From Opitutaceae bacterium (GTDB taxonomy: Bacteria; Verrucomicrobiota; Verrucomicrobiia; Opitutales; Coraliomargaritaceae): a stretch of 64,000 nucleotides of DNA. The position numbers and the translations under genes are program-made. This document shows positions 35,490-45,152 of the stretch, piece after piece; within the stretch, counting starts at the first letter, position 1; every line of letters begins with the position of its first letter. The stretch spans positions 448,001 to 512,000 of the forward strand of contig JBPOFY010000002.1 of the NCBI GenBank assembly GCA_051252375.1, in the 5' to 3' direction. The notes beneath the pieces were generated by a model. It was not told the origin of the DNA, did no database searches, and was given only the letters and a program-made list of their open reading frames with translations.

Positions 35490-37481
35490 TCAAATACGAC
35501 TTCGCAAAGCGCGCGCCGTCACCGCAAAACTCGAAACCAGCATGATCACAGATGCCGCCACAGGATGTAACATCCCAGCTGCTGCCAAGGCCATACCGAC
35601 CACATTATAACAGGCCGCATAGATTAAATTCCCCCGTAAGCGCCTGTATATGTTGCGGGAGAGCGTGATCGCCTCCGGCAAGACCTCGACTTGATCCGCT
35701 CGCAACTGCCCAGTTGCTGCCGAACGAGTGAAATCCGCCCCTGTCCCCATGGCAATCGACGCGCCAGCCATCGCCATTGCAGAAGCATCGTTGATACCGT
35801 CGCCAACAAATACTGGAAACTGTCCCGATTGTGCCGACGACTCCAACCGCTCAGCCTTATCCGCCGCCGACAGCCCGGATTCAAGCGCGACAGCCTCTGG
35901 CAATACAAACTGCGGGCTCGGATCGCCAGTCAACACCGTCGCTTGCACCTGTATATCCGCCAATCGGCCCCAGAGATCAGCTACACCGGCCCGGGCACGC
36001 TCTTTCAAAACAAAGATAGCCGCTGGCTCACCATCTATAAAAACAAAGATCCGCTTACCCTCGGTCTCGATCAATCGGTCACAAAGCGCCTCAATCGCGG
36101 CAGCCGCCTCTGATAACGACGCCTCACCGATTTGCACAACTCGACGCGCACCGCCGATAACGACCTCCGCAGAGACCCCCTGCCCTGCCAGTAATTGCAG
36201 CGAATCCACCTCCACCAAGGTCTCAGCCTCTGGCAATGCATCGACCAAAGCCCGCGCGACAGGATGCGCCACCCTCGACTGAATCGCTCGAATAGCTGGC
36301 AACAACGCCTCACGCTCCGCGCCAAACGCATCCGCCACCAAAGTCTCCGTCACCCGCATCTGCGATTCACTCAAAGTCCCCGTTTTGTCGAAAAACACAT
36401 GCTCTGTCCGCGCCAAAGCATCGATCAAGGTCCCATTCCGGCTGACCAAGCCCAATCCAGCCAAACGATACAACCCCTGCCAAATCGCAACTGGAGTCGC
36501 TAAGCCAAGCGCGCACGGGCAGGCCACCAGCAAAACCGCCATACTATTGAATGCCGCCTGCACCCACGTCCCTGCCAGCGACCAATACACCGCCGTGCAG
36601 ATACTGACCAAAGCCACCAGCGGCAAAAAGAACTGTATCAAGCGATTCGCCTGCGCCTGCATTTCCGAAGGTTGCCCTGAGACATCCTCCACCACTTGTA
36701 AAATCTGATCCAACTCACGCGCCCCGCCCACTGCTTCCGCCTGCAGCTCAAAAGCACCGTCAACCGACCAAGTCCCCGCACGAACTCGATCACCCACACG
36801 CCGCACGACCGGCAACGGCTCCCCCGTCAATGCCGTCTCCCGCACATAGCCCTGCCCCGCAAGCACCACGCCATCGACCGTAAACGGCATACCTGGATCG
36901 ACTCGCACCGTCGCGCCCACCGCGACCGCCGCAACCGAAACCGCTTCTACAGAACCATCATTCCCGACCACATTCGCCCGATCATAGCGCTCCCGCAGCT
37001 TCTCGCTCTCCAGAGTGATCCGCGCCTGTGAGCGCTCGCTCAACATCCGACCCACCGTGTAGATCGCGATCACCACTGAGACCACTTCGTAGTAAACACT
37101 CCCTGAACCGGTCACCGAGCTCACCACCGAGCCCATAAACGCACCCAACAAGCTCAGTGTGAACAAGCCCTCAATCGAGAGCCGCCGTGAACGCAGCATT
37201 CCAAGCGTCGACCCAAATAACGGACCACCTAAAAACGCCATCACCACCAGTGCCGAAAAGATCAACCCCCCATGCAACACCCAATACGCCGTCGAATCAT
37301 AAGGTGGCGGCGTCATATTCAAAGCCAACGAAAACACCATCCCCTGCCCGGCAAACACACCTGCAATGGCAATCCGCAACCAAGAACGAGCGAGTTGCAG
37401 GTCCAAAGCATCGCAATCCTGATCCTCCGTCGCGCAAACGACCGGATTAAACGAACTAGATATGGATGGCTCAGAAGACAT
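35490..37481 (-). CDS. P1B-type heavy-metal ATPase (CcoI/FixI-like, no N-terminal metal-binding domain)
   Basis: TGEP, CPCALG, DKTGT, HP, GDGIND; upstream of the act-cco operon. Confidence 0.9.
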   Translation of the reverse strand: MSSEPSISSSFNPVVCATEDQDCDALDLQLARSWLRIAIAGVFAGQGMVFSLALNMTPPPYDSTAYWVLHGGLIFSALVVMAFLGGPLFGSTLGMLRSRRLSIEGLFTLSLLGAFMGSVVSSVTGSGSVYYEVVSVVIAIYTVGRMLSERSQARITLESEKLRERYDRANVVGNDGSVEAVSVAAVAVGATVRVDPGMPFTVDGVVLAGQGYVRETALTGEPLPVVRRVGDRVRAGTWSVDGAFELQAEAVGGARELDQILQVVEDVSGQPSEMQAQANRLIQFFLPLVALVSICTAVYWSLAGTWVQAAFNSMAVLLVACPCALGLATPVAIWQGLYRLAGLGLVSRNGTLIDALARTEHVFFDKTGTLSESQMRVTETLVADAFGAEREALLPAIRAIQSRVAHPVARALVDALPEAETLVEVDSLQLLAGQGVSAEVVIGGARRVVQIGEASLSEAAAAIEALCDRLIETEGKRIFVFIDGEPAAIFVLKERARAGVADLWGRLADIQVQATVLTGDPSPQFVLPEAVALESGLSAADKAERLESSAQSGQFPVFVGDGINDASAMAMAGASIAMGTGADFTRSAATGQLRADQVEVLPEAITLSRNIYRRLRGNLIYAACYNVVGMALAAAGMLHPVAASVIMLVSSFAVTARALRSRI

Positions 37482-37621
37482 ACTTATGAATTAGACAGAC
37501 GTAAGTCTGCCGGAGAGGATGTAACAATTATTTTTGACAGAATGATTAAAAAGAAGCCCTCATAGACACCATCCAATAATTATTCTGTCAAAAATCATTC
37601 TGTCTTAAAGAACCGAGCATC

Positions 37622-38086
37622 ATGCCTCCCGAACAAACAAGCAAAGGCCTCCCCGGTAAATACGTCGCCATGCTCCTCGTCCTGCTAACTGGCGTCGTCG
37701 GTGGGCTCTTCATCTACATAGGCCCCAAAGCGACTCAGAAGAACCCGGGCGTGATTCACGTAGGTATTCGCTACGTCGACGAAATGCACATCAGCTTTTC
37801 GAAATATCCAAAGTCTGGTCCCGGCGCAGTGATCGAGTTCGTCGCCCCTGACGGCAGCGTCGTGTTTACTTTTGAACACCTCAAAATCGGTCGCAACTTG
37901 ATGCCTTTGGAAAACATCCCGAGCGGTCCCTACATGGCTCGTCTCTCCGCGACCGATTATAAAACGGTCGAAGTCCCGATCATCGTCGAAGGTCGCATGC
38001 TCAATCCCCCGCTCGACGCCGAATTCGCAAAAGGCGCCTACGCCGCCTACAATATGATCGGCGTCTGGTTTGAACCGGTGGAGTAA
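37622..38086 (+). CDS. Hypothetical membrane-anchored beta-rich protein
   Basis: N-terminal TM helix, 154 aa. Confidence 0.7.
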   Translation: MPPEQTSKGLPGKYVAMLLVLLTGVVGGLFIYIGPKATQKNPGVIHVGIRYVDEMHISFSKYPKSGPGAVIEFVAPDGSVVFTFEHLKIGRNLMPLENIPSGPYMARLSATDYKTVEVPIIVEGRMLNPPLDAEFAKGAYAAYNMIGVWFEPVE

Positions 38087-38159
38087 GATCACCGTCTTAA
38101 TCCGAATCCGAATTTTAATCCCCAAAACGAACGATTCAAATCACCTCTAGCTGCGAAAC

Positions 38160-38187
38160 TTGACATTTCGTGCGTTTTAGACGAAAT
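38160..38187 (+). promoter_or_regulatory. Putative TA promoter (-35 TTGACA) overlapping an inverted-repeat operator
   Basis: TTGACA at 38160; ATTTCGT-N9-ACGAAAT at 38165-38187 just before the antitoxin ATG. Confidence 0.5.
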
Positions 38188-38194
38188 AGATGAA

Positions 38195-38437
38195 ATGAAG
38201 ACGATTACAGCAAACGAAGCGAAACAGTCTTTTGGACGCTTACTGGACGATGCCAAACGCGAACCCATCATGATTGAGAAGCATAAGCGCCCAGCTGCTG
38301 TGATGATTTCTTCCGATGAGTATGACCGCCTGAGAGGTTTGAATGTCGCTCAATTCAGCGCATTTTGTGACCAGATCGGACAACGTGCCGAAGCAAGCGG
38401 ACTCACTGAAGCCAAGCTTTCAAAGCTACTTGATTAG
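38195..38437 (+). CDS. Phd/YefM family antitoxin
   Basis: ITANEAKQSFGRLLD..EPIMIEKHKRPAAVMIS. Confidence 0.9.
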   Translation: MKTITANEAKQSFGRLLDDAKREPIMIEKHKRPAAVMISSDEYDRLRGLNVAQFSAFCDQIGQRAEASGLTEAKLSKLLD

Positions 38438-38443
38438 ACTCCG

Positions 38444-38866
38444 ATGACGCACACCAAACGCTGGGTCGTCGACACGAATGCCCTAATCAGCCGTCTTTTA
38501 CTGCCCAGTTCAATCACTGCAAAAGCGGTGAACCATGCCCTACAAACTGGGGATTTATTGGTCAGTAACGAGACGCTCGCAGAACTTGCTGAAGTCCTTC
38601 AACGGCCAAAATTCAACAAATATATTTCAGCCAAGGAACGCCTAGAATTCTTCGAACATCTTGGTCGTATCTGCATACAGATTGAAATCATTCAAACAAT
38701 CAAAGCCTGCCGAGATCCAAAGGATGATAAATTTCTTTCGGTCGCAGTAAATGGACAAGCCGATGCAATCCTAACAGGTGATAAAGACCTGCTGACCTTG
38801 AGCCCTTTCTTAGAGATTCCGATCCTAGCCCCTTCGGATTATTTGAAATATACCGACGGAATCTAA
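38444..38866 (+). CDS. PIN-domain toxin
   Basis: VVDTN..IS, CRDPKDDKFL, TGDKDLL. Confidence 0.9.
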   Translation: MTHTKRWVVDTNALISRLLLPSSITAKAVNHALQTGDLLVSNETLAELAEVLQRPKFNKYISAKERLEFFEHLGRICIQIEIIQTIKACRDPKDDKFLSVAVNGQADAILTGDKDLLTLSPFLEIPILAPSDYLKYTDGI

Positions 38867-38897
38867 ATCCCTTCGTCACACGTCGTGTGTAGAAGCA

Positions 38898-38986
38898 GGT
38901 AGCGGTGCTTGTCCCAAGCGCCATCCGTCAGCATCAGCAACTAAAGCAGCAATCCAATGGCCATAGGGACAGCCTCCGCCCCTACC
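38898..38986. repeat. GTAG-type REPIN
   Basis: ggtagcggtgcttgtcccaagcgcca...cccctacc; left arm resembles 44876. Confidence 0.7.
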
Positions 38987-39437
38987 GCTTTTGCTGACTC
39001 GCCAGATACTCTCGGCGCTGCACGTCTTTCGACAAATAACGCCTAGAATCATCTTTCGCGATCCAAGCGGCAATGCCGTCTGACTCGGGCTCCTCTTTAC
39101 CAACAGGCATATGTCCTTCATTGCAGATCAATGCGACAAACTTGGAGCCATGCCGTAGAAGATAAAAAGCCACCCCAGCATAGAAGAAAAAGATCAAAGC
39201 CTGCGGCCAAGAGACATCCCAACTGATTCGTGACGAAAGTGAGCCCTTCATCGAAAGATACCTGTCCGAGTTAAGCAAATAGGCGGCATACGCCACCATC
39301 CCTAACTTCTTCAATGCCATCACAGCAAACAAACAACCAAGTAAACGAGTCACCAACCATGCCAGGCCGTTCTTTGTTAATGCTTTATCAGTCATAGACC
39401 GCATCACATTTACTTCATTGAAATAAGGCAATTTCAA
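38982..39437 (-). CDS. Hypothetical membrane protein
   Basis: Two or three hydrophobic segments; start uncertain. Confidence 0.6.
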   Translation of the reverse strand: MKLPYFNEVNVMRSMTDKALTKNGLAWLVTRLLGCLFAVMALKKLGMVAYAAYLLNSDRYLSMKGSLSSRISWDVSWPQALIFFFYAGVAFYLLRHGSKFVALICNEGHMPVGKEEPESDGIAAWIAKDDSRRYLSKDVQRREYLASQQKR

Positions 39438-39574
39438 ATCTACCTCGTATCAGCTTGACGCTTTTGCGTGAGGCAACCTACGTCACACTAGAATAAATCA
39501 GCGCTAATCTGCGAAATCTGCGAAATCTGCGGACCTCATATCCGACCTATTCGCATCCAACCACGATTAAAGAA

Positions 39575-41635
39575 TCAGCGCTTCTTCTTCGGCAACCCCT
39601 TAGCGTTATAAACCGCTTTATGCTTTTTCTTCGGCTTGGCTTTCGCTCCACCATAACTACCGCCGCCGTGCTTACCGCTTTGTAGAATCTCAATCTGATC
39701 ACGGATCATCGCCGCCTTCTCAAACTGTAACTGACGTGCCGCTTCGAGCATCTCCTCTTCCATCTCGGCGATCACTTCGGCTACGTCGCGATCACCATCT
39801 TCTGCCGCCAGCAAGTCATGGGCATCTGGCTCATCGTAGCGTTTGCCAGGTGCCTGCAGACTCTCGTCGATCCCACGCTTCACTCCCCTCGGCGTGATGC
39901 CGTGCTCAAGGTTATGCGCTAGCTGTTTTTCACGGCGATAACTGGTCGTCTCCAAAGTCTTCTGGATCGAATTCGTGATCACGTCGGCATACAAAATAAC
40001 ACGCCCTTTTTCATGACGCGCCGCGCGACCTGCGGTCTGAATCAGACTCGTCGCACTACGCAAAAAGCCTTCCTTATCTGCATCCAAAATCGCAACCAGT
40101 GCCACCTCTGGCAAGTCGAGGCCTTCACGCAAAAGATTCACCCCGATCAACACATCAAAGTCACCCTTCCGCAAGCGCCGCAAGATCTCCACGCGCTCAA
40201 TCGCATCGATATCGGAGTGTAAATACTCCACCTTCAAGCCTGCCTCGCGCACGAAGTCCGCGAGGTCTTCCGACATGCGTTTGGTGAGCGTCGTGATCAA
40301 GGTGCGCTCATTCTCATCCGCCGCCTTGCGCACTTCGCCGATCACATCTTCCACCTGCCCCTTGATCGGTCGAATTTCCATTTCCGGATCGACCAATCCC
40401 GTCGGTCGAATCACCTGCTCCGCCACGACCTGAGACACATTGATTTCATGATCCGCCGGCGTGGCCGACACGTAGACTGTCTGCCCAGTGATCTCTTCAA
40501 ATTCCTCTAGCATCTGCGGTCGATTATCCAGCGCCGACGGCAAACGAAAGCCGAACTCCACCAAGCGCTCCTTGCGTGCGCGGTCGCCATTATACATCGC
40601 CCGCACCTGCGGCAGCGTGACATGGCTCTCATCGATAAACACCATGAAATCATCGGGAAAGAAATCGATCAGACAGAACGGTCGCTCGCCCGGTTTACGA
40701 CCGGAGAGATAACGCGAGTAATTCTCGATACCCGTGCAAAAGCCCATCTCTTGCAACAGTTCGATGTCATATTCGGTGCGCATACGAATACGTTGCGCCT
40801 CGATCAACTTCCCCTCGGCTTCAAACTTCGCGATCTGCTCATCGAGTTCTTTGCGGATACCACCGATCGCGCCGTCGATCTTATCCTTCGGCGTCACGTA
40901 TTGAGTGGCTGGATACAAATTAAACATCTGCAACACCTCGCCAGTGTTACCAGTCAGCGGATCAAGCTCACGAATACTTTCCAGTTCATCGCCCCAGAAC
41001 TCCACACGTATCGCGCTCTCCATGTAGGCGGGATAAATATCCACCACATCGCCCCGCACACGAAATGTGCCGCGCTTAAACTCCACATCATTCCGATTAT
41101 AAAGAATCGTCACAAGGTTCTCCAAAAAGTCGTCGCGCGAGAACTCCATGCCTGCCTGCAGCGGCATCATCATCGCCTTAAAATCCTCCGGCGAACCAAG
41201 ACCATAAATACACGACACACTGGCGATCACGATCACATCCTTACGGCTGATCAACGACGACGAAGCCGAGATACGTAGCCGCTCAATTTCCTCATTAATC
41301 GAAGAGTCCTTCTCGATGTAAGTATCCGTTGATGGGATGTAGGCCTCCGGTTGATAGTAGTCGTAGTAACTGACAAAATACTCGACCGCATTCTCCGGGA
41401 AGAAGGCCTTAAACTCCGAATACAACTGTGCCGCCAGAGTCTTGTTATGCGAAATAATCAGCGCCGGGCGTTGCAGCTCTTGAATGACATTCGCCATCGA
41501 GAAAGTCTTCCCAGAACCCGTCACCCCCAGCAGCGTCTGGCGAGAATTCCCAGCACGCAGTGAATCCACCAACGCTTGAATCGCGGTCGGCTGATCGCCC
41601 TCCGGCGCATACTCACTGCTCAGTTTAAAATCCAC
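39575..41635 (-). CDS. uvrB: Excinuclease ABC subunit B
   Basis: GVTGSGKT, YYDYYQPEAY, DESH, GRAAR, C-terminal UVR. Confidence 0.98.
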   Translation of the reverse strand: MDFKLSSEYAPEGDQPTAIQALVDSLRAGNSRQTLLGVTGSGKTFSMANVIQELQRPALIISHNKTLAAQLYSEFKAFFPENAVEYFVSYYDYYQPEAYIPSTDTYIEKDSSINEEIERLRISASSSLISRKDVIVIASVSCIYGLGSPEDFKAMMMPLQAGMEFSRDDFLENLVTILYNRNDVEFKRGTFRVRGDVVDIYPAYMESAIRVEFWGDELESIRELDPLTGNTGEVLQMFNLYPATQYVTPKDKIDGAIGGIRKELDEQIAKFEAEGKLIEAQRIRMRTEYDIELLQEMGFCTGIENYSRYLSGRKPGERPFCLIDFFPDDFMVFIDESHVTLPQVRAMYNGDRARKERLVEFGFRLPSALDNRPQMLEEFEEITGQTVYVSATPADHEINVSQVVAEQVIRPTGLVDPEMEIRPIKGQVEDVIGEVRKAADENERTLITTLTKRMSEDLADFVREAGLKVEYLHSDIDAIERVEILRRLRKGDFDVLIGVNLLREGLDLPEVALVAILDADKEGFLRSATSLIQTAGRAARHEKGRVILYADVITNSIQKTLETTSYRREKQLAHNLEHGITPRGVKRGIDESLQAPGKRYDEPDAHDLLAAEDGDRDVAEVIAEMEEEMLEAARQLQFEKAAMIRDQIEILQSGKHGGGSYGGAKAKPKKKHKAVYNAKGLPKKKR

Positions 41636-41701
41636 ACCGAGAGAGAAAGCGAGGAATCCACATTTCGCAAGTGCCCATCATCAGAACTACCTGACGTAAA
41701 T

Positions 41702-41854
41702 TCAACCGCCGTTTCGGCAAGCTAAGGCCCTGAGCCAGTCGAAGGGCAGAGCACGCTGAGAGCGCAGAGCTTACAACACTGTAATTATTGATATATTCAA
41801 AGACGTCAGAGTCGCTCCGCGTTCTCAGCGGTCTCGAGCGAAGCGGGCGGTTAA
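41702..41854. repeat. Gene-less inverted-repeat element with AACCGC/GCGGTT termini
   Basis: caaccgcc...gctgagagcgcagagc / gctccgcgttctcagc...ggcggttaa. Confidence 0.7.
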
Positions 41855-41935
41855 ACCAATCTTTCAGAGTGATAGTTTAGAGATTTGCCTCCATCAGCCT
41901 AGACACCATCAAAATCTGATACACATTATAGAAAC

Positions 41936-42328
41936 ATGGACCGGATACTCTTCTACGATGGTGATTGCGGGATTTGCACCCGCTCGGTGCGCTTCTTGTT
42001 GAAGCGGGATCGTCATGACCGTTTACATTACGCCCCACTCCAAGGCACGACGGCGCAATCACTCTTACCCGAAGGCTTGCGCAAGGAACTATCCACTGCG
42101 GTCTATCGCCGAAGAGAAGGCGAAGTCTATCTACGCTCTGAAGCTGTCTTGTATGCCCTCATCGACACCGGCAGCGCATGGCGTCTCACCGCCCGCGTGT
42201 TGCTCTACTTGCCCAACGGCTTCCGAGACGCGGTCTACAATTGGATCGCCCGAAATCGTGAACGTTTATCACCCAAAGGAGCTTGCGAACTGCCCACGCA
42301 ACAGGAACGCGAGCAACTGCTACCGTGA
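41936..42328 (+). CDS. DCC family thiol-disulfide oxidoreductase (DUF393)
   Basis: FYDGDCGIC, APLQ, RDAVYNWIARNR. Confidence 0.9.
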   Translation: MDRILFYDGDCGICTRSVRFLLKRDRHDRLHYAPLQGTTAQSLLPEGLRKELSTAVYRRREGEVYLRSEAVLYALIDTGSAWRLTARVLLYLPNGFRDAVYNWIARNRERLSPKGACELPTQQEREQLLP

Positions 42329-42439
42329 CTCCGCCCGTAAGGGGTCCACATGAGTCAATGCCATTGCATCTTAAATTTGATACAACCGCTTCGCTAGAGA
42401 GGGGAGTTTTCGGAGGGAAAGTTTTGACGATGAGGACGG

Positions 42440-42850
42440 TTATTCAGGAAGGGATAGTCGCCGGATGCCCTCTTTAAGGCGGATTACATTGAAATTAATC
42501 AACAATCCAACTTTGCAGCCTGTTAGCTTCATATAGGTCATTAGTTGCGCCTCATGTATGGGGGCGAGTTCTTTCACGACTTTTAGTTCAACGATGACTT
42601 TACCATCCACAATTAGGTCCAGAGCATAGTCGTCATCTAATTCTAAATCTTTGTATTTGAGCTGAAGCTTGACCTGACGCCTTACCTCAACGTTTCGTAG
42701 CGCAAGCTCATGTTGTAAGCTTTTCTCATAAATACTTTCGATAAGTCCTGGACCCCAGTAGTCGTGCACTTCCATTGCCGCACCGATTATGGTTCCGGTT
42801 AATTCAGTGTAATCATCCATGACACCTTTCTGTCCCCCAAGAGATTTCAT
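42440..42850 (-). CDS. GxxExxY protein (PD-(D/E)XK nuclease superfamily)
   Basis: GPGLIESIY, DLIVDGKVIVELK, HEAQLMTY, GLLINF; start may be 42820. Confidence 0.92.
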   Translation of the reverse strand: MKSLGGQKGVMDDYTELTGTIIGAAMEVHDYWGPGLIESIYEKSLQHELALRNVEVRRQVKLQLKYKDLELDDDYALDLIVDGKVIVELKVVKELAPIHEAQLMTYMKLTGCKVGLLINFNVIRLKEGIRRLSLPE

Positions 42851-42946
42851 GGCAATCTTTACCTCCCTAATCTCGCCCGCAGGGCACTCTAGCGCAGCGG
42901 TTGTAAATCAATCATCGCACAGTCGGCCACGTCTCCACACACCAAA

Positions 42947-42978
42947 TAAAAAGAGCCGCTCCAAACGAAGCGGCTCTC
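42947..42978 (-). terminator. Rho-independent terminator after the FKBP gene
   Basis: agagccgct-ccaaacga-agcggctct stem followed by a T-run on the minus strand. Confidence 0.75.
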
Positions 42979-43000
42979 TCGAAAAATCTAAGGTCTGGTT

Positions 43001-43756
43001 CTACTTACCGATCTTAATCAGCTGCACGTCGAATACCAATGTGCCGCCGGGTGCGCCGCCTTGTGGCTTTTCACCGTAGGCTAACTTACCAGGGATCCAG
43101 AAGCGGCGAGTTTCGCCTTCGACCATCAATTGCACACCTTCTGTCCAACCGGCGATGACTTGAAAGAGTCCAAAACTAGCAGGCTCGCCACGAGCTACAG
43201 AGCTATCAAAAAGCTGACCGTCTGTCGTCCAACCGCTGTAGTGAACAGTGACCATGTCGTCTTTTGTCGGATACACACTACCAGTGCCAGCAGTCAACAC
43301 GCGCGACGCCAAACCACTTGGGCGAACTTCTGCAGAATCAGGAATCGCTGCAACGTCTTCAGGTGTCTTTGGTGGCTCGGGTGCCTTCTCGACCAAGATA
43401 AGCTCCACATCAAACACCAACAAACCACCTGGGCGACCACCACCTGGTTTTTCACCATAAGCAAGGTCCGCGGGGATCCAGAAACGACGCTTTTCACCGA
43501 TGCTCATGAGCTGCAAACCTTCAGTCCAGCCCTTGATCACGCGGTTGAGCGGGAAACTGGTTGGCTGGCCACGCTTGACCGAGCTATCGAACATTTTGCC
43601 ATCAGTCGTCCAACCACTGTAATGGACAGTGACGGTATCGGCTGCGACAGGATGACCTGCTCCCGAACCGGCTTCCAATACTTTAGAGGCAAGGCCTGTT
43701 GCTGTGACTTCGGCGTCCGCTGGTGCGGCATTTACATCGGATGGTGTTTCTAACAT
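43001..43756 (-). CDS. Tandem two-domain FKBP-type peptidyl-prolyl isomerase
   Basis: Two copies of VTVHYSGW..FDSS..VIxGWTEG..IP..LAYG. Confidence 0.93.
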   Translation of the reverse strand: MLETPSDVNAAPADAEVTATGLASKVLEAGSGAGHPVAADTVTVHYSGWTTDGKMFDSSVKRGQPTSFPLNRVIKGWTEGLQLMSIGEKRRFWIPADLAYGEKPGGGRPGGLLVFDVELILVEKAPEPPKTPEDVAAIPDSAEVRPSGLASRVLTAGTGSVYPTKDDMVTVHYSGWTTDGQLFDSSVARGEPASFGLFQVIAGWTEGVQLMVEGETRRFWIPGKLAYGEKPQGGAPGGTLVFDVQLIKIGK

Positions 43757-43811
43757 GCGCACGATATCGAATAAACCCGCAAGGGCGGTCAACCGAAAAG
43801 ATGAATCTCTA

Positions 43812-43874
43812 AGTAGCACAGACATTCCTGTCTGTGTTTTCCAAATGCAGACAGACAAGAATGTCTATCTTACT
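43812..43874. repeat. GTAG-type REPIN
   Basis: agtagcacagacattcctgtctgtg...acagacaagaatgtctatcttact. Confidence 0.8.
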
Positions 43875-43981
43875 GATTACTCCTAATCCCCATCGACAGA
43901 TTATGATTAAGAGTAGGATTAAGACCTCGAATTCGTCCTAGGAAAATCCCACTAACAAGCGTATTATAGTTATAACGCCCC

Positions 43982-44896
43982 ATGACCTATTCAGGAATCA
44001 TTGACTGCCACACACACTGCTACCCTCCCGAGGTAATAGACCACCCGCGCGCGTGGGCGGAACAACGCAAGGAATTGCACTGGGCCGAACTCGTGGCTCC
44101 GGAAGACAAAATTTCGATCCAAGACTGGAGCACCCCTGAATCCATGATCACTGAGATGAATGCCAATGGCGTCGAGAAAGCCATTCTCCTCGGTTGGTAT
44201 TGGGAGCACGAATCCACCTGCCGCTGGCACAATCAAGTCATCGCCGATTGGGTGAGCCATGCACCCGACCGCTTTATCGGCTTTGCCTCGATCTATCCCA
44301 ACGAAAATGTCGTCGACCAACTCGAAGCCGCCAAAGCCCTCGGCCTGCGCGGCGTGGGCGAGCTACACAACGGCGCACAGAAGTTCGCCTCCAGCAGTCC
44401 CGCTTGGTTCGCGCTCGCCGAGTGGTGCGTCAAAAACAACTGGCCCGTCAATCTCCACGCCACCGAAGCGGCAGGTCACGATCATCCAGGCAGTCTCGAA
44501 ACCCCACTCAAAGACTTCGTCCGCAAAGCCGAAGCCCACCCCGAGCTGAAAATCATCCTCGCCCACTGGGGCGGCGGCCTCCCGTTCTTTGAAAAGAACC
44601 CGCGCCTGAAGATGGCTTTGAAAAACGTCTATTACGACACCGCAGCCAGCCCCTTGCTCTACGATCCATCCGTGTTCCGATCCGTGATCGACAGCGTTGG
44701 CTGCGAAAAAGTGCTCTACGGCTCCGACTTCCCGCTCCGCGTCTATCCACGCCAACAAAAACAAGCGCAGATGCAGCACTTCCTAGATTCGATCCGCGAC
44801 GAGGCGGGATTGAGCGAGAAGGAACTGGCAGCGATCTTCCACGGGAACATCGAACGGCTATTCCAGGATACCAAAGGTAGCGGCGCTTGTCCCTAA
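43982..44896 (+). CDS. Amidohydrolase family 2 protein
   Basis: IDCHTH, GVGEL, AHWGGG, YDTAA, YGSDFP. Confidence 0.9.
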   Translation: MTYSGIIDCHTHCYPPEVIDHPRAWAEQRKELHWAELVAPEDKISIQDWSTPESMITEMNANGVEKAILLGWYWEHESTCRWHNQVIADWVSHAPDRFIGFASIYPNENVVDQLEAAKALGLRGVGELHNGAQKFASSSPAWFALAEWCVKNNWPVNLHATEAAGHDHPGSLETPLKDFVRKAEAHPELKIILAHWGGGLPFFEKNPRLKMALKNVYYDTAASPLLYDPSVFRSVIDSVGCEKVLYGSDFPLRVYPRQQKQAQMQHFLDSIRDEAGLSEKELAAIFHGNIERLFQDTKGSGACP

Positions 44897-44974
44897 GCGC
44901 CACACGTCAAGCTAGCAGCCCTCTGAGCTGAGACTAACAACACCGCAATGGCGCTCGGGACGAGCGCCGCTACC
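44876..44974. repeat. GTAG-type REPIN
   Basis: ggtagcggcgcttgtccctaagcgcca...tggcgctcgggacgagcgccgctacc. Confidence 0.85.
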
Positions 44975-45152
44975 CTTCTATTTATCCGTGTCCATTCGTA
45001 ATTAAACCATCTGTGCCAATCTGCGGAATCTGCGGATTAGCCTCACGTCAGGGCAGCCTTTGTGCATCCGTGCCCATCCGCCCTCATCCGTGGCTAAATT
45101 CTATTAAATCCCCTTGCGCGTCTGCGGTTCGCCAACTACCGAATAGTGCAAC

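Noticed and set aside
43757..43858. N-terminal extension of the FKBP ORF in the track
   Set aside because: Runs through a REPIN; ATG at 43756 is more plausible
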